A DNA stretch of 64,000 bases from Roseibacillus sp. (lineage in GTDB: Bacteria > Verrucomicrobiota > Verrucomicrobiia > Verrucomicrobiales > Akkermansiaceae): positions 1 through 64,000 of the forward strand of contig CBDEUM010000034.1 in the NCBI GenBank assembly GCA_965242925.1, written 5' to 3'. The translations under genes were made by a program, and so were the position numbers. Numbering within the stretch: position 1 is the stretch's first letter; the number at the start of each line of letters is the position of its first letter. The notes beneath the pieces are model-generated. The model worked only from the letters and a program-made list of their open reading frames with translations. It was not told the origin of the DNA and searched no databases. Below, one piece after another: positions 49,635 to 59,800 of the stretch.

Positions 49635-52388
49635 TTGCCGGTCTGTTCATCTTGCTGCTTGCAGCATCCTGCGATAACCGGTCGAATAGGGTCAATGAGC
49701 GGATTTTGCATCCTGCCTGCCCCTGAAAGCTCTTCCGACGGGCAACGGGGATGCCGGGAGCGAACAAGGGCGCTCCTGGCAGTTGCCAGGTTCACTTTGC
49801 TCGCAGGATCGGCATGCATGTCTCCGGTCAGCGCTCGGGAACCTTCTGCAACAACGAATGACTTTGGAAAGGGTATTGGAGGCATTCTCCAGGAATATTG
49901 CCACGACTGCCATGGGCCCGAAAAAGCCAAGGGCAGGATCAGACTGACTGACTACGGATCATGGGCTGACCTCGAGAAGAACCCGCAACTCATTGAAAAG
50001 ATGATCGAGGCATTGGGGAAGAGAGAGATGCCTCCCGAAGAGAAGAAGCAGCCCAGTGGTGACCAACGCGAACTCATGTTGCTGGAGCTGGAAGGGGCAT
50101 TCAGGAGAGCCATGGCGCATCGTCAACCGGTGGTCCCGCTACGCCTTCGGCGAATGAACCGGTTTGAATATGGTAATGCAGTGAGAGACTTGTTCGATCT
50201 TAAGTCGTGGGTCTACTCGATCAACGACCGTATTATTCGAGACCACAACAACTATTTCAGACCCGAAACAGGCAGGATGCCCAAGGTTGCAAGAGTGGGC
50301 AATCGAATCATGGGCCTGCAGCAGTTGCTGGAGAATCGGTTGCTGGGCGTGATGGCCTTTCCCAAAGATCCTCCCGCGGAAAACGGGTTCAACAATCGCG
50401 GGGATCATCTCAGTCTGACGCCAGTGCTCATGGAGTCCTTCCTGGAGCTCAGCCGGTCGGTTGTGAACGCAGAGAATTTCGATAAGAACTGTCGGATCTG
50501 GAATGATCTGTTTCAGGATCCATCAAAGGAGCCCTTGACCACAGGATTTGGCTCGATTAGGGCAGATAAGTCTGTTGCGACGCATAGCACGGGATTGACT
50601 CTTAGCGCCTGGATCCTCCCATCCAAAACGACCGCGAAGTGGCAGACCATTGTTCGCCGTGAGGATTCGTGGCGACGCCAGTTGTTGGCCATTGGCGGCA
50701 CGGGCGGAACCTGGGGAATCTGGATGGGTGCGGGGATTGAAGGTCGCTATGTCGAATTTGGTGCCCCGGTGAAACCAAGTGCTCTTGGTGACGGGAAGTG
50801 GCATCACGTTGCCGGGACCTACGACGGCAATCAAATGAGCCTCTACGTGGACGGAGAGCAGGTCGGCCGCAAGGCGGTCGAGGGTCAGCTCCATACCCGG
50901 AGTGCCGGGCCGATGGAGATCGGCTCGTTTGGGAACGAGCCTTTCCACGGAGATATCAATGACGTTCGCTTGTTTCGATCCGGGTTGAGCAAGCTCCAGA
51001 TAGAGGAAATTGCGGCTGGCAACCAAGACGTCGCCAAAGAGGAGCTGGTGGGTAGCTGGAAGCGGGAGAATAAGGTCAAAGCGGAACTGAAGCAACCGAT
51101 CGAAAAGGTAGCGCATGAACGAATCCGGAAACTTCTCCTCAGAGCATTCAGATCTCCCGCTGACGCAAAAACCGTGAAGTTGTACACGGAGTATTTTGAC
51201 AGGAGCTATAAGAGAAGCGGCGATTTCACCAGGAGCATGAAGGATGTCGTGTCAGGGGCGTTGGCTTCTCCGCGATTTATTCTCGTTCACAACGAGGCAA
51301 GTGGCGACTCGTCGAATCATGCGTCATTTAATCTGGCAACCCGTCTGTCCTTTTTTCTGTGGAGTTCGATTCCCGACGATGAATTGCTGGCATTGGCGGG
51401 GGAGGGGAGACTTCAGGATCCGGAGATCCTGAAAGGACAGGTCGATCGAATGCTCAACGATCGGCGCGTGAAAAACTTCTGCGACAGTTTTGCGCCTCAA
51501 TGGCTAAAGATTAACAATTTGGTTTCCGCATCACCTGATTTCAGGACCCATCGGAATTACTACTTCGGTGGGGACGACAAGATATCCTACAAGAGAGGGA
51601 TGCACATGATGTTGGAGCCGCTTCTGAATTTTGAAACGGTTTTCATTGAGAACAGGCCCATCATGGAATTGGTCGATTCCGACTTTACCTACCGCAGTCA
51701 CTTGTTGGAAGAATGGTACCAAGGCAGGGCTGCCACCTATGGCATTAACGTCAACCTCCGCGATATTGAATTCACCCGGACGCCGCTAAAGGACAGAAGA
51801 TTCGGGGGCGTGATCACGACAGGAGCTGTCATGGTGATGACATCGGGGCCGTTTCGATCATTGCCCATCACGCGAGGGTCTTGGGTCTCTTCGGTCATTT
51901 TCAATGATCCCCCCGAACCTCCTCCTGACAATGTGCCGGACTTGAAGGCGGACGACACCACGCTGGAAAAAGAAGGCCTGACCGTAAGGCAAAAGCTAAA
52001 TCAGCACAGTGAAGACTCCCGATGCGCGGGATGTCATCAAAAGATAGATCCCCTGGGCTTTGCCTTGGAAAATTACGATTTACTGGGGCGCTGGCGAGAT
52101 CGGTATCGAACCGGCTTGAAGGTGGACGCCAGTGGTATATTGTTTGGCAAACATGAGTTCAAAGACGTTGTCGGTTTTAAGGATGCCGTGCTCGCGGAAA
52201 AGGATTTGTTTGCCAGGGCCTTCATCAAGCACCTGCTTTCCTATGGCCTGGGGCGAGAGTTGACGTTGGCGGATCGAATTGCCGTGGATGAAATTGCGAA
52301 GGTCAGCGAGAAGGAGAATTACAAATTGAGAGCACTCATCAAACATACGGTGCTTCATCCAGTATTTAACCAAAAGAGAAAAGAATGA
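49635..52388 (+). CDS. DUF1592/DUF1588-family cytochrome c protein with inserted LamG domain
   Basis: CHDCH, CAGCH, LRRMNRFEY, internal TLSAWI...WHHVAGTYDG..LYVDG, LATRLSFFLWSSIPD; true start probably downstream. Confidence 0.9.
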   Translation: MPVCSSCCLQHPAITGRIGSMSGFCILPAPESSSDGQRGCRERTRALLAVARFTLLAGSACMSPVSAREPSATTNDFGKGIGGILQEYCHDCHGPEKAKGRIRLTDYGSWADLEKNPQLIEKMIEALGKREMPPEEKKQPSGDQRELMLLELEGAFRRAMAHRQPVVPLRLRRMNRFEYGNAVRDLFDLKSWVYSINDRIIRDHNNYFRPETGRMPKVARVGNRIMGLQQLLENRLLGVMAFPKDPPAENGFNNRGDHLSLTPVLMESFLELSRSVVNAENFDKNCRIWNDLFQDPSKEPLTTGFGSIRADKSVATHSTGLTLSAWILPSKTTAKWQTIVRREDSWRRQLLAIGGTGGTWGIWMGAGIEGRYVEFGAPVKPSALGDGKWHHVAGTYDGNQMSLYVDGEQVGRKAVEGQLHTRSAGPMEIGSFGNEPFHGDINDVRLFRSGLSKLQIEEIAAGNQDVAKEELVGSWKRENKVKAELKQPIEKVAHERIRKLLLRAFRSPADAKTVKLYTEYFDRSYKRSGDFTRSMKDVVSGALASPRFILVHNEASGDSSNHASFNLATRLSFFLWSSIPDDELLALAGEGRLQDPEILKGQVDRMLNDRRVKNFCDSFAPQWLKINNLVSASPDFRTHRNYYFGGDDKISYKRGMHMMLEPLLNFETVFIENRPIMELVDSDFTYRSHLLEEWYQGRAATYGINVNLRDIEFTRTPLKDRRFGGVITTGAVMVMTSGPFRSLPITRGSWVSSVIFNDPPEPPPDNVPDLKADDTTLEKEGLTVRQKLNQHSEDSRCAGCHQKIDPLGFALENYDLLGRWRDRYRTGLKVDASGILFGKHEFKDVVGFKDAVLAEKDLFARAFIKHLLSYGLGRELTLADRIAVDEIAKVSEKENYKLRALIKHTVLHPVFNQKRKE

Positions 52389-53662
52389 GACATATTGATA
52401 GACGCAAGTTCTTGTTGGGAGCGGGAGGCAGCATAATGGCTCTCCCTTGGCTGGAGATGTATGCAGAAGAGGCCGTAACGAAGAAGTTAAAGGAACCTTC
52501 CCTGCGGTTTGCGTCTTTTTATTCGCCGATGGGTTTTGTGAGGGATCATTTCTTTCCCGGGAATGACACCCAGGATTTCTTGGCGATGCCCACTTTGAGT
52601 CCGCTGAAGAAGGTCGGTGAAAAGGTCACGCTGATCACGGGCCTGTCCCGGGTTAACGTGAGAGGGATTGATGTGCACAATCAATGCAGTTCCTGTTACC
52701 TGTCCTCGGCCGATCCTCATGGCGAACTCAAGTCGCCTTACCCGATGGACAGGACCTTGGACCATCTGATTGCGGACAAGGTAAGCCAGCGGACACCCAT
52801 TCGGTCATTGGAGCTGAATTGCAATACGTTTAAAGATCTCAAGGAATCGATCTACCTGGACAACATCTCCTGGTACGGACCGGAGCATGTAGCGACGTCG
52901 ATGAAAGACCCGCGACAGGTCTATCAGCGTCTGTTTAAAACCGGAAAATCGAACAAGGATATTACGGATCTGATTTTGGAGGACGCTGCCAATTTCGAAA
53001 AGAATCTGAGTCGTCAGGACAAGGACAAGTTGGATGAGTACTTCACTTCCGTGAGGGAAATCGAAAGACAGATCGAGAAACTAAGCAGGTACTACGCCAC
53101 GCATGAGAGGGCGGACATGAAAGAACCTGATGAGACCCCCATGACGCGCGGAGAGTACATACGGATGATGGGCAAATTGCTTGTGCTGGCATTTCAGGGA
53201 GACCTCACACATGTCGCCACGTTCATGCTCGCACCTGAAAGGTGGGGGACGCCGCAGCGATTCCATGAATTGAATTTCACGAAATCACATCATGGCCTCA
53301 CCCATTCCCAGGACAGAGAAGACGTAAAGAGGATCCTGTCGCAAGTGGATCGGTTTTATGTGGAACTGTTCGCCGAAGTGTTGGAGCAGTTGGATGCGAT
53401 CAGAGAGGGAGAAGGCACCCTTTTGGATCACTCCATGATCACCCTGGGGTCAGGATTGGGTGATGGAAAAGACCATACCATGGATGAGCTTCCGATTATT
53501 GTGGCAGGTTCTGCCAACGGCAGAATCAAGACGGGCCGCATCCTTAATTGCCCTGAAAAAACGCCACTGGCCAATTTATGGCTCTCGCAAGCTCAGCTGA
53601 TGGGTACAGGTATGGAGCACTTTGCTGACAGCACCGGGCCTTTGAAAGGATTGCTTGCCTGA
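52385..53662 (+). CDS. DUF1552 protein
   Basis: DRRKFL, ALPWLE, HHGLTH, PLANLW; ATGA overlap with the upstream gene. Confidence 0.9.
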   Translation: MRHIDRRKFLLGAGGSIMALPWLEMYAEEAVTKKLKEPSLRFASFYSPMGFVRDHFFPGNDTQDFLAMPTLSPLKKVGEKVTLITGLSRVNVRGIDVHNQCSSCYLSSADPHGELKSPYPMDRTLDHLIADKVSQRTPIRSLELNCNTFKDLKESIYLDNISWYGPEHVATSMKDPRQVYQRLFKTGKSNKDITDLILEDAANFEKNLSRQDKDKLDEYFTSVREIERQIEKLSRYYATHERADMKEPDETPMTRGEYIRMMGKLLVLAFQGDLTHVATFMLAPERWGTPQRFHELNFTKSHHGLTHSQDREDVKRILSQVDRFYVELFAEVLEQLDAIREGEGTLLDHSMITLGSGLGDGKDHTMDELPIIVAGSANGRIKTGRILNCPEKTPLANLWLSQAQLMGTGMEHFADSTGPLKGLLA

Positions 53663-54006
53663 GCGACAGGAGCCTTGTCGCCCCATACACGCCATTCGTG
53701 GCTGAGCGCTTCCATGCAGTCATTCGTGCGATCGTGCCGGGGATGGCCTGTGTTTTGCTGCCGGGTACGGCTGCGCCTTGGCAAGACAGAGGCAGCTGAA
53801 GGCAAGTGCCATGCCCGGGAGCAGTTGACGGAAGTGCTTGGGTTTCGACATAACCAAAAGCTGCCCGGGGTGGCGGCCCGCCTCTTCCGCTGATTTCAGC
53901 CGGGTGACCGGGAGCATGGAGTCGAAAATGATTCTCAGGTTGAGCGACTCCCAGGGAGGATTCCAGTGGAGAACCGCTCAGCCAAAGCAAGGAGCTGGCA
54001 ACATTC

Positions 54007-54447
54007 TTAGCTGTCAAGCAGTTGCCACTTGCCGTCGGCAAACCGTAAAGATTTGGTTTCGCGGTCTCCGCCCTTTTGTTCGTGTTTGAAGCTAACTTCA
54101 ACTTCAAGGAGTGTCCCGCCCTCCGACGCTCTCTTTACAATGGGGTTCAAAAAATGGGTGCCCTGCCATAACCGGTAGCCAAGCAGGAACCGTTCGCGGT
54201 GTTCTTGTCCTATCATGGCTGCAGCTGTCTCTGCCTTGCTCTCAGAGAGGGCGATCGAGAATTCCTTGAAAAAGGATTCCGCTTGTTGCTGGAGGGTCTT
54301 CTGCCTTTTCCCGTTCTCTTCTTCTGATGTCGATTGTTGAGGTCCCGTTGCAGGAAGAGGCGTGTTATTCCGATGGTGAACTTCGCTATCCGGCCTGTCA
54401 CAGGAAATGAACAGGATGGCAATAAGCAGGGAGGTGATCGACTTCAT
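54007..54447 (-). CDS. Hypothetical lipoprotein
   Basis: MKSITSLLIAILFISC lipobox; NTF2-like ending (LRFADGKWQL). Confidence 0.75.
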   Translation of the reverse strand: MKSITSLLIAILFISCDRPDSEVHHRNNTPLPATGPQQSTSEEENGKRQKTLQQQAESFFKEFSIALSESKAETAAAMIGQEHRERFLLGYRLWQGTHFLNPIVKRASEGGTLLEVEVSFKHEQKGGDRETKSLRFADGKWQLLDS

Positions 54448-54507
54448 GACTGCCAGTCTTGCCAGACTGCAGGGCGAGACAACTGTTATCGGTGGCCGGC
54501 TTTCTCT

Positions 54508-55602
54508 TCAGTCGGTGCCTTGGTTTATTCGAATGAGCCTTCCGATGACTTGATCGCAAATAAGATGGGAGCGCTCATCACGAGAATTCGTTGCTACAAG
54601 AAAGGACCGGTTCAACTTTGGAGCCACCCAGACGGTGGCGTACCACATCGTGTTGCTTCCGCTGTGGGTCAGCACCGTCCCTTTGCCCCACGGGCGTTTG
54701 GCAAGAATCCATCCTCCTGCATATGTCCCTGTGGGCGTGATCAATCTGCTCCGAGTTTTTCGATCCAGTCCAAGGTTCTTGCCGCCTGGTAGCTGCATGG
54801 CGAGGAATTTGGCCCAATCCGCAACCGAGCAATGCACGCGACCGGCCGGACCAAGGGCCTCCGCGTTGTCGAATTGGCGAGGTCGCCATCCGTCTCCTGA
54901 CCAAATGTGACCCCATGGCTGATCCGTATTTCCAGGTACGCCAGGGGCGCCAAATCCAGCCGAGTCCATCCCAAGCGGATCGAAGATGCGTTTTCCCATC
55001 AAGGACTCCCAATTCGAGCCGGTGACTCTCTCCGCCATGCATCCGGCGATCATATATCCCAAGTTGGAATAGTGATACCCTCCTTTCTTGAGGGGTGGGG
55101 CTTCCTTGAGGGTTTCCTTCAAAATCGCTAGGCGCCTTTTCTTCAGCTCAATCTTCCCATGAGCCCACCAGTTCTCCGCATTAGCCGGCACCCTCGCCCG
55201 ATGGGTGAGCAATTCCCAGACGGTGACGGAATAGTAATCGGGATGGATGCTGTCCTTGAGGTCAGGAAGGGCTTCGATGAGCGAGGTCTCCCAAGTGAGT
55301 TTTCCTTCGGCCACCAGGGTGGCCAGCAGGACCGACGTCATGGCCTTGGTGCAGGAACCCAGGTGAATCAGATCCTGGGCTGTCAGTTTCTTGTCGCTGC
55401 CTATTCTCCGTATCCCTGCGGCACCCACTGCCAATACTCCCTTCGACGAAGTAATCGCTGCCACCATACCCGGAGCTTTCTCCCGGCTCACGGTGTCCGC
55501 GAGAACCTCTTCAATCTTCTTAGACATGCCGACTGCCTTCACCGGCGACGCATAAGCTGCTGGGGTCAGCAAAAGGAGGAAAGGCAGCACCGATAGCTTC
55601 AT
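54508..55602 (-). CDS. Serine hydrolase, beta-lactamase class C/AmpC-like family
   Basis: GSCTK (SxxK), LLTH, YHYSN (YxN), HSGS motifs; signal peptide. Confidence 0.9.
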   Translation of the reverse strand: MKLSVLPFLLLLTPAAYASPVKAVGMSKKIEEVLADTVSREKAPGMVAAITSSKGVLAVGAAGIRRIGSDKKLTAQDLIHLGSCTKAMTSVLLATLVAEGKLTWETSLIEALPDLKDSIHPDYYSVTVWELLTHRARVPANAENWWAHGKIELKKRRLAILKETLKEAPPLKKGGYHYSNLGYMIAGCMAERVTGSNWESLMGKRIFDPLGMDSAGFGAPGVPGNTDQPWGHIWSGDGWRPRQFDNAEALGPAGRVHCSVADWAKFLAMQLPGGKNLGLDRKTRSRLITPTGTYAGGWILAKRPWGKGTVLTHSGSNTMWYATVWVAPKLNRSFLVATNSRDERSHLICDQVIGRLIRINQGTD

Positions 55603-55676
55603 CTGGTCAGCGTAAGGACAACCCACCAGTCAGCCTATTTAAAAAGGCGCCAGCGCCAATGGAGAGAGGGGCACGG

Positions 55677-55750
55677 CCACGCATCGGGGAGCAGGAATCA
55701 GGTGCCTGGTGGGGGACTAGTCCACGCTGAACCGGAAGAATGCGCGTTGC
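55677..55750 (+). repeat. Element A copy plus orphan C-terminal tail (class-2 flank)
   Basis: ccacgcatcggggagcaggaatcaggtgcctggtggggga, then minus-strand AFFRFSVD* (55743-55717). Confidence 0.8.
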
Positions 55751-56023
55751 AGGGTGTAAGGGGATTGAGATCGGCTGATTTTCATCTGCGCGTTTCCTGC
55801 CCCGTTCAGAACAGGGGGGGTAATCGGCTGCCATGGCGCAGATCTGGTCTCCGTTGAAGCGGGTGTCTCGCTCGACTACTACTGCTTCGGGCGGCTAATG
55901 CGCACGGGCACCACCCCATGATGCCCTGTTTCTGCCTCTCCAGAGACTGTTTCGACCCACTAAAAAAGGGCCCTTGTCAGGCATTCAGGAACTCCCTATT
56001 CTTTTTCTGAGTCCATAACCCCA

Positions 56024-56731
56024 ATGGCTTCGGCCACCATGAAAACCTGCTTCGTCACCTTTGCTGTTATCGCCGCTTTCCTTGCCCCTTCCCAAGCCGC
56101 CGTTGTCTGGACCGGAGCGACAAGCACGGATCCCTTCGACGACAGCAACTGGGATTTCAGTGGTTCGGGAGTGAGCGCGGTCGATGCTAATGTCAGTGTT
56201 GCTGACGACATCTCGATCGTAAATGGATCTATAGAAATCCCCAATCTGGGTGGCCAGCAGAGATTGCAGATCGGGAACGGCTTCACCATGACTCTCGATA
56301 ACGCGACCTTCGGACTGGTCGCGGGCGGAAACGACGGCACCGGTGGTCAGCCCGGCAGCACGGGGGTGAGCATCAACCTTACCAATGGCAGCCAGTTCAA
56401 TCCGTTCTTTATCGTAAACGCCGTCTCGCTTGACATCGACAGCACCAGCTCTGCGACGTTTGGGGGTGGCGGCAACCCGGTGAATATTTCGACAATCAAT
56501 CTCACATTCGGATCGACCTTGTCCTTCCGGGCAGAGACACCGGCTGCTTTCAGAGGCGAGCACCTCGGCAAGATCACGGTCAATGGCGTGCCCGCCGTCG
56601 ATGGTGTGAACATCGAGATCGCTCCCTTCAATGGCGCATCGGGCTCACTGATCACAGCTATTCCCGAGCCCTCCTCCGCCGTCCTCCTTGGTTTCGCCGG
56701 TATCGCACTTGTGTTCCGGCGCCGAAAGTAG
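56024..56731 (+). CDS. PEP-CTERM sorting domain protein
   Basis: Signal peptide; ends IPEPSSAVLLGFAGIALVFRRRK. Confidence 0.93.
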   Translation: MASATMKTCFVTFAVIAAFLAPSQAAVVWTGATSTDPFDDSNWDFSGSGVSAVDANVSVADDISIVNGSIEIPNLGGQQRLQIGNGFTMTLDNATFGLVAGGNDGTGGQPGSTGVSINLTNGSQFNPFFIVNAVSLDIDSTSSATFGGGGNPVNISTINLTFGSTLSFRAETPAAFRGEHLGKITVNGVPAVDGVNIEIAPFNGASGSLITAIPEPSSAVLLGFAGIALVFRRRK

Positions 56732-56816
56732 CCAGAATCGGAGCATTTCTTCCGGGTGGGGAGTGGAGCTGCGGCAGCGGTTCGGCAACTATTTGGTTTG
56801 TAGGATTCTCCCAAAG

Positions 56817-59800
56817 ATGCGCTCCCAGACCTCGCCCATCTGCCCTCTCATATTCATGCTCTGCTACCTGGGGGCTTGTTCGTTTCTGGCAGACGGGGGT
56901 GAGGTCATCATTAGCGAGTTCCTGGCGGTCAATACCAGCGGTCTTGCTGACGAGAATGGCGATGACTCGGATTGGATCGAACTGTCGAGTATTTCCGGGG
57001 CAGCAGTTGATCTGACTGGTTGGCACCTGACAGACAATGCCCTCACACTCGACAAGTGGGCTTTTCCCGGGGTGACGCTCAATTCCGGTGCTAAGCTTGT
57101 CGTGTTTGCTTCGGGCAAGGACCGCGCGGTGAACGGAGAGGAGTTGCACACCAACTTTAAACTTGCCAGGGGGGGTGAGTACCTCGCCCTGGTGCGTCCC
57201 GATGGGGTCACCATAGAGTCTGAATTCGCCCCGTCCTACCCGCCGCAGTATCCGGATATATCCTACGGTGCCGGGGACGCAGATGGTTCGACCGTGCAAC
57301 TGGTGGGTCCTGGGAATGATGTCCGGTTCACTGTGCCCGGCGATTCATCCGAAGACGTCGATGGTGCGAGGCCTTTCAACGCGACGGGATTTGACGATAG
57401 CGCATGGACCTGGGCTGCGCTCGGAATCGGATATGCTACGCAGGCTGGCGATCCGTATGACGATTTCATCGGCCCCGGAGGTGACGTCGAGGGCCCCCTC
57501 TACCAGAGGAACACGACGATCTACCTGCGTATTCCGTTCAACATCGACGGTTCTGATGAGGTGACCTCTCTCATCCTCAGAGCACGTTACGACGATGGAT
57601 TCGCGATCTATATCAACGGCAGTGCGATGCTCGCCTCCTCCAATCCGCCTGCCGACGGCGTGTTCGACTACGAGGCGGAAGCGGGTTCAGACCACAGCGA
57701 CACCGCGGCCATCGCGCTGGAATCCTTCGCGATCAATCTCGACGACGTCAATCTTTTGGCCGGAACGAACATCCTCGCGGTTCATGGGATGAACCGCGGC
57801 GTTTCCGGATCTAACATGCTGTTCGATTGCGAACTTGATGCTCAGCTCACGCCCGCATCAGGCAGCTCCCAGCTGATCTATATGACAACACCAACGCCGG
57901 GGAGCGAGAATGCTGGCGGCGTGCCCGATCTCGGCCCCATCATCCGGAACGTCACCGAGAATCCTGAGCGGCCAGACGTTGCGATCCAGAGCGAATTGCT
58001 CATCACAGCCGAGGTGACCCCGTCGAGAGATCCAATCGCCTCCGTGACCCTGGTGCACCGGCGGGGCTTTGGGGGCGAGAGTTCTGTCCAAATGAAAGAT
58101 GACGGGCTCTCTCCGGATGTAGTTGTGGCTGACGGGGTCTACAGTGCAGCTCTTCCGCTCGCCCATCTGGCCGCAGGCGAGATGGTGCGCTGGCGCATCG
58201 AGTCGACCGACCGCGGCGGCACAATCTCACGCAATCCTTTCTTCGGAGATCCGCTCAATTCCCCGGAATACTTCGGAACCGCGGCAACGAACCCCGGAGT
58301 GGTGTCCAACTTGCCCGTGCTGGAGTGGTTCATCCGGAACCCGGGGGCCGCCAACAACCGCGCCGGGACGCGGGCGTCGTGTATCTACCTTGGCGAATTC
58401 TACGATAACATTTTCTGTCGAGTGCGCGGCGGTTCATCTGCCGGTCTCTCGAAGAAGAGCTACAAGTTCGATTTCAATACCGATCACCATTTCCGTTTCG
58501 ACCCCGATCCGGATTCGGTGCGCGCCGAGGAATTCAATCTGAACACAACATGGACGGACAAGTCTTACGTGCGTCAACCGCTCAGCTACGAGTTCTACGA
58601 CCTCGCGGGCTCTCCGGGTTCGGTGTGTTTTCTGACCCGCGTGCAGCAGAACGGTGCCTTCTTCAGCGTTGCCGCATACACTGAGCAGGTCGACAGGCGT
58701 TTGTTGCGCCGCGAGGAGCGGATCGACGACGACGGGGCGCTCTACAAGATGTTCAACGGAGGGAGCAGCAGCACAAGTGGTGTTGAGAAGAAAAACCGCA
58801 TGCACGAGAACAACTCCGATCTCGCAGCCTTTCTGTCTGGTATGAACGCCAGTGGTTCCACCCTGGAGAATTTCATTTTCGACAATATCGACCTGCCCCG
58901 CCAACTCAATTATCTCGCCGCCACCGTATTGACACAGAATAACGACAACATGCGCAAGAACTACTACCTCTATCGCGACAGCGATGGCACGGGAGAGTGG
59001 ACGCAGTTACCGTGGGACCTCGACCTCACCTGGGGAAGCCACTACATGACCAGCGATAATATCTCCGACGACGGCATCTGGGCGACAGCCGACTATGTCC
59101 TGGGGGGCAGGAGTTCCAACACCCCCATTTCCCCCTCGCATCCTTTCGTGGGCATTCAGGAGCTTCCAGGAAACCGTAGCTGGAACAGGATTATTGACAA
59201 GCTGTTGGAAAATGGGCGCTTCAAGGCCATGTTTCAACGTCGCCTGCGCACCCTCGTTGACGAGTTGCTGATTTCCACGGTCGCTGACGACAGGATTGAG
59301 GAGATGGTCCTGGCGCTTGGGAATGACGCAGTGCTCGACAAGAACAAGTGGGGACAGTTCGGACAACCGCAGTCGCTGGCCCGGGCGATCAGGACGCTGA
59401 AGAGCGGATATCTCGCGCCCCGCCGCACCCATCTGTCGGTCACTCACCAGGCCAGCAATGCCCGCAGTTACCAGGCCCCGGTCGGGGCCCCTGCCGCAGT
59501 GAACTCGGCACGCTTGCCGGAGCCACAACCTACGAATCCCCGGATCACGTTCGGCAGTTTCGAAAACAATCCGTCCTCGGGCAACCAGGACGAGGAATAC
59601 ATCGAACTGCGAAATGCGAACTCCTTCGCAGTCGATATCAGCGGATGGCGCCTTACCGGAGGAGTTGCGTTCACCTTCCTGCCCGGCACCATTATCGAAG
59701 CGCGCCACAGCCTGTATGTTTCGCCGAAGGTCTCCGCGTTCCGCACGCGCACGGTTAGCCCGAAAGGCGGCGAAGGACTGAACGTCGAGGGCGATTACGA

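Noticed and set aside
53664..54000. Short ORFs and a possible element A between the DUF1552 gene and the lipoprotein
   Set aside because: No convincing motif match or coherent protein; only a short hairpin (cgacagg-agc-cttgtcg) without a T-tract.
360..55716. Element A as a CRISPR repeat or canonical integron attC
   Set aside because: Spacing is 0.7-6 kb with whole genes between, copies are degenerate, and there are no cas genes. It lacks RYYYAAC/GTTRRRY ends, enclosed genes face both ways, and there is no intI in the window.
55912..55937. Possible inverted half-copy of element A (also 49609-49620)
   Set aside because: Only about 10-12 matching bases, too short to separate from chance; if real it would be an exception to strict co-orientation.
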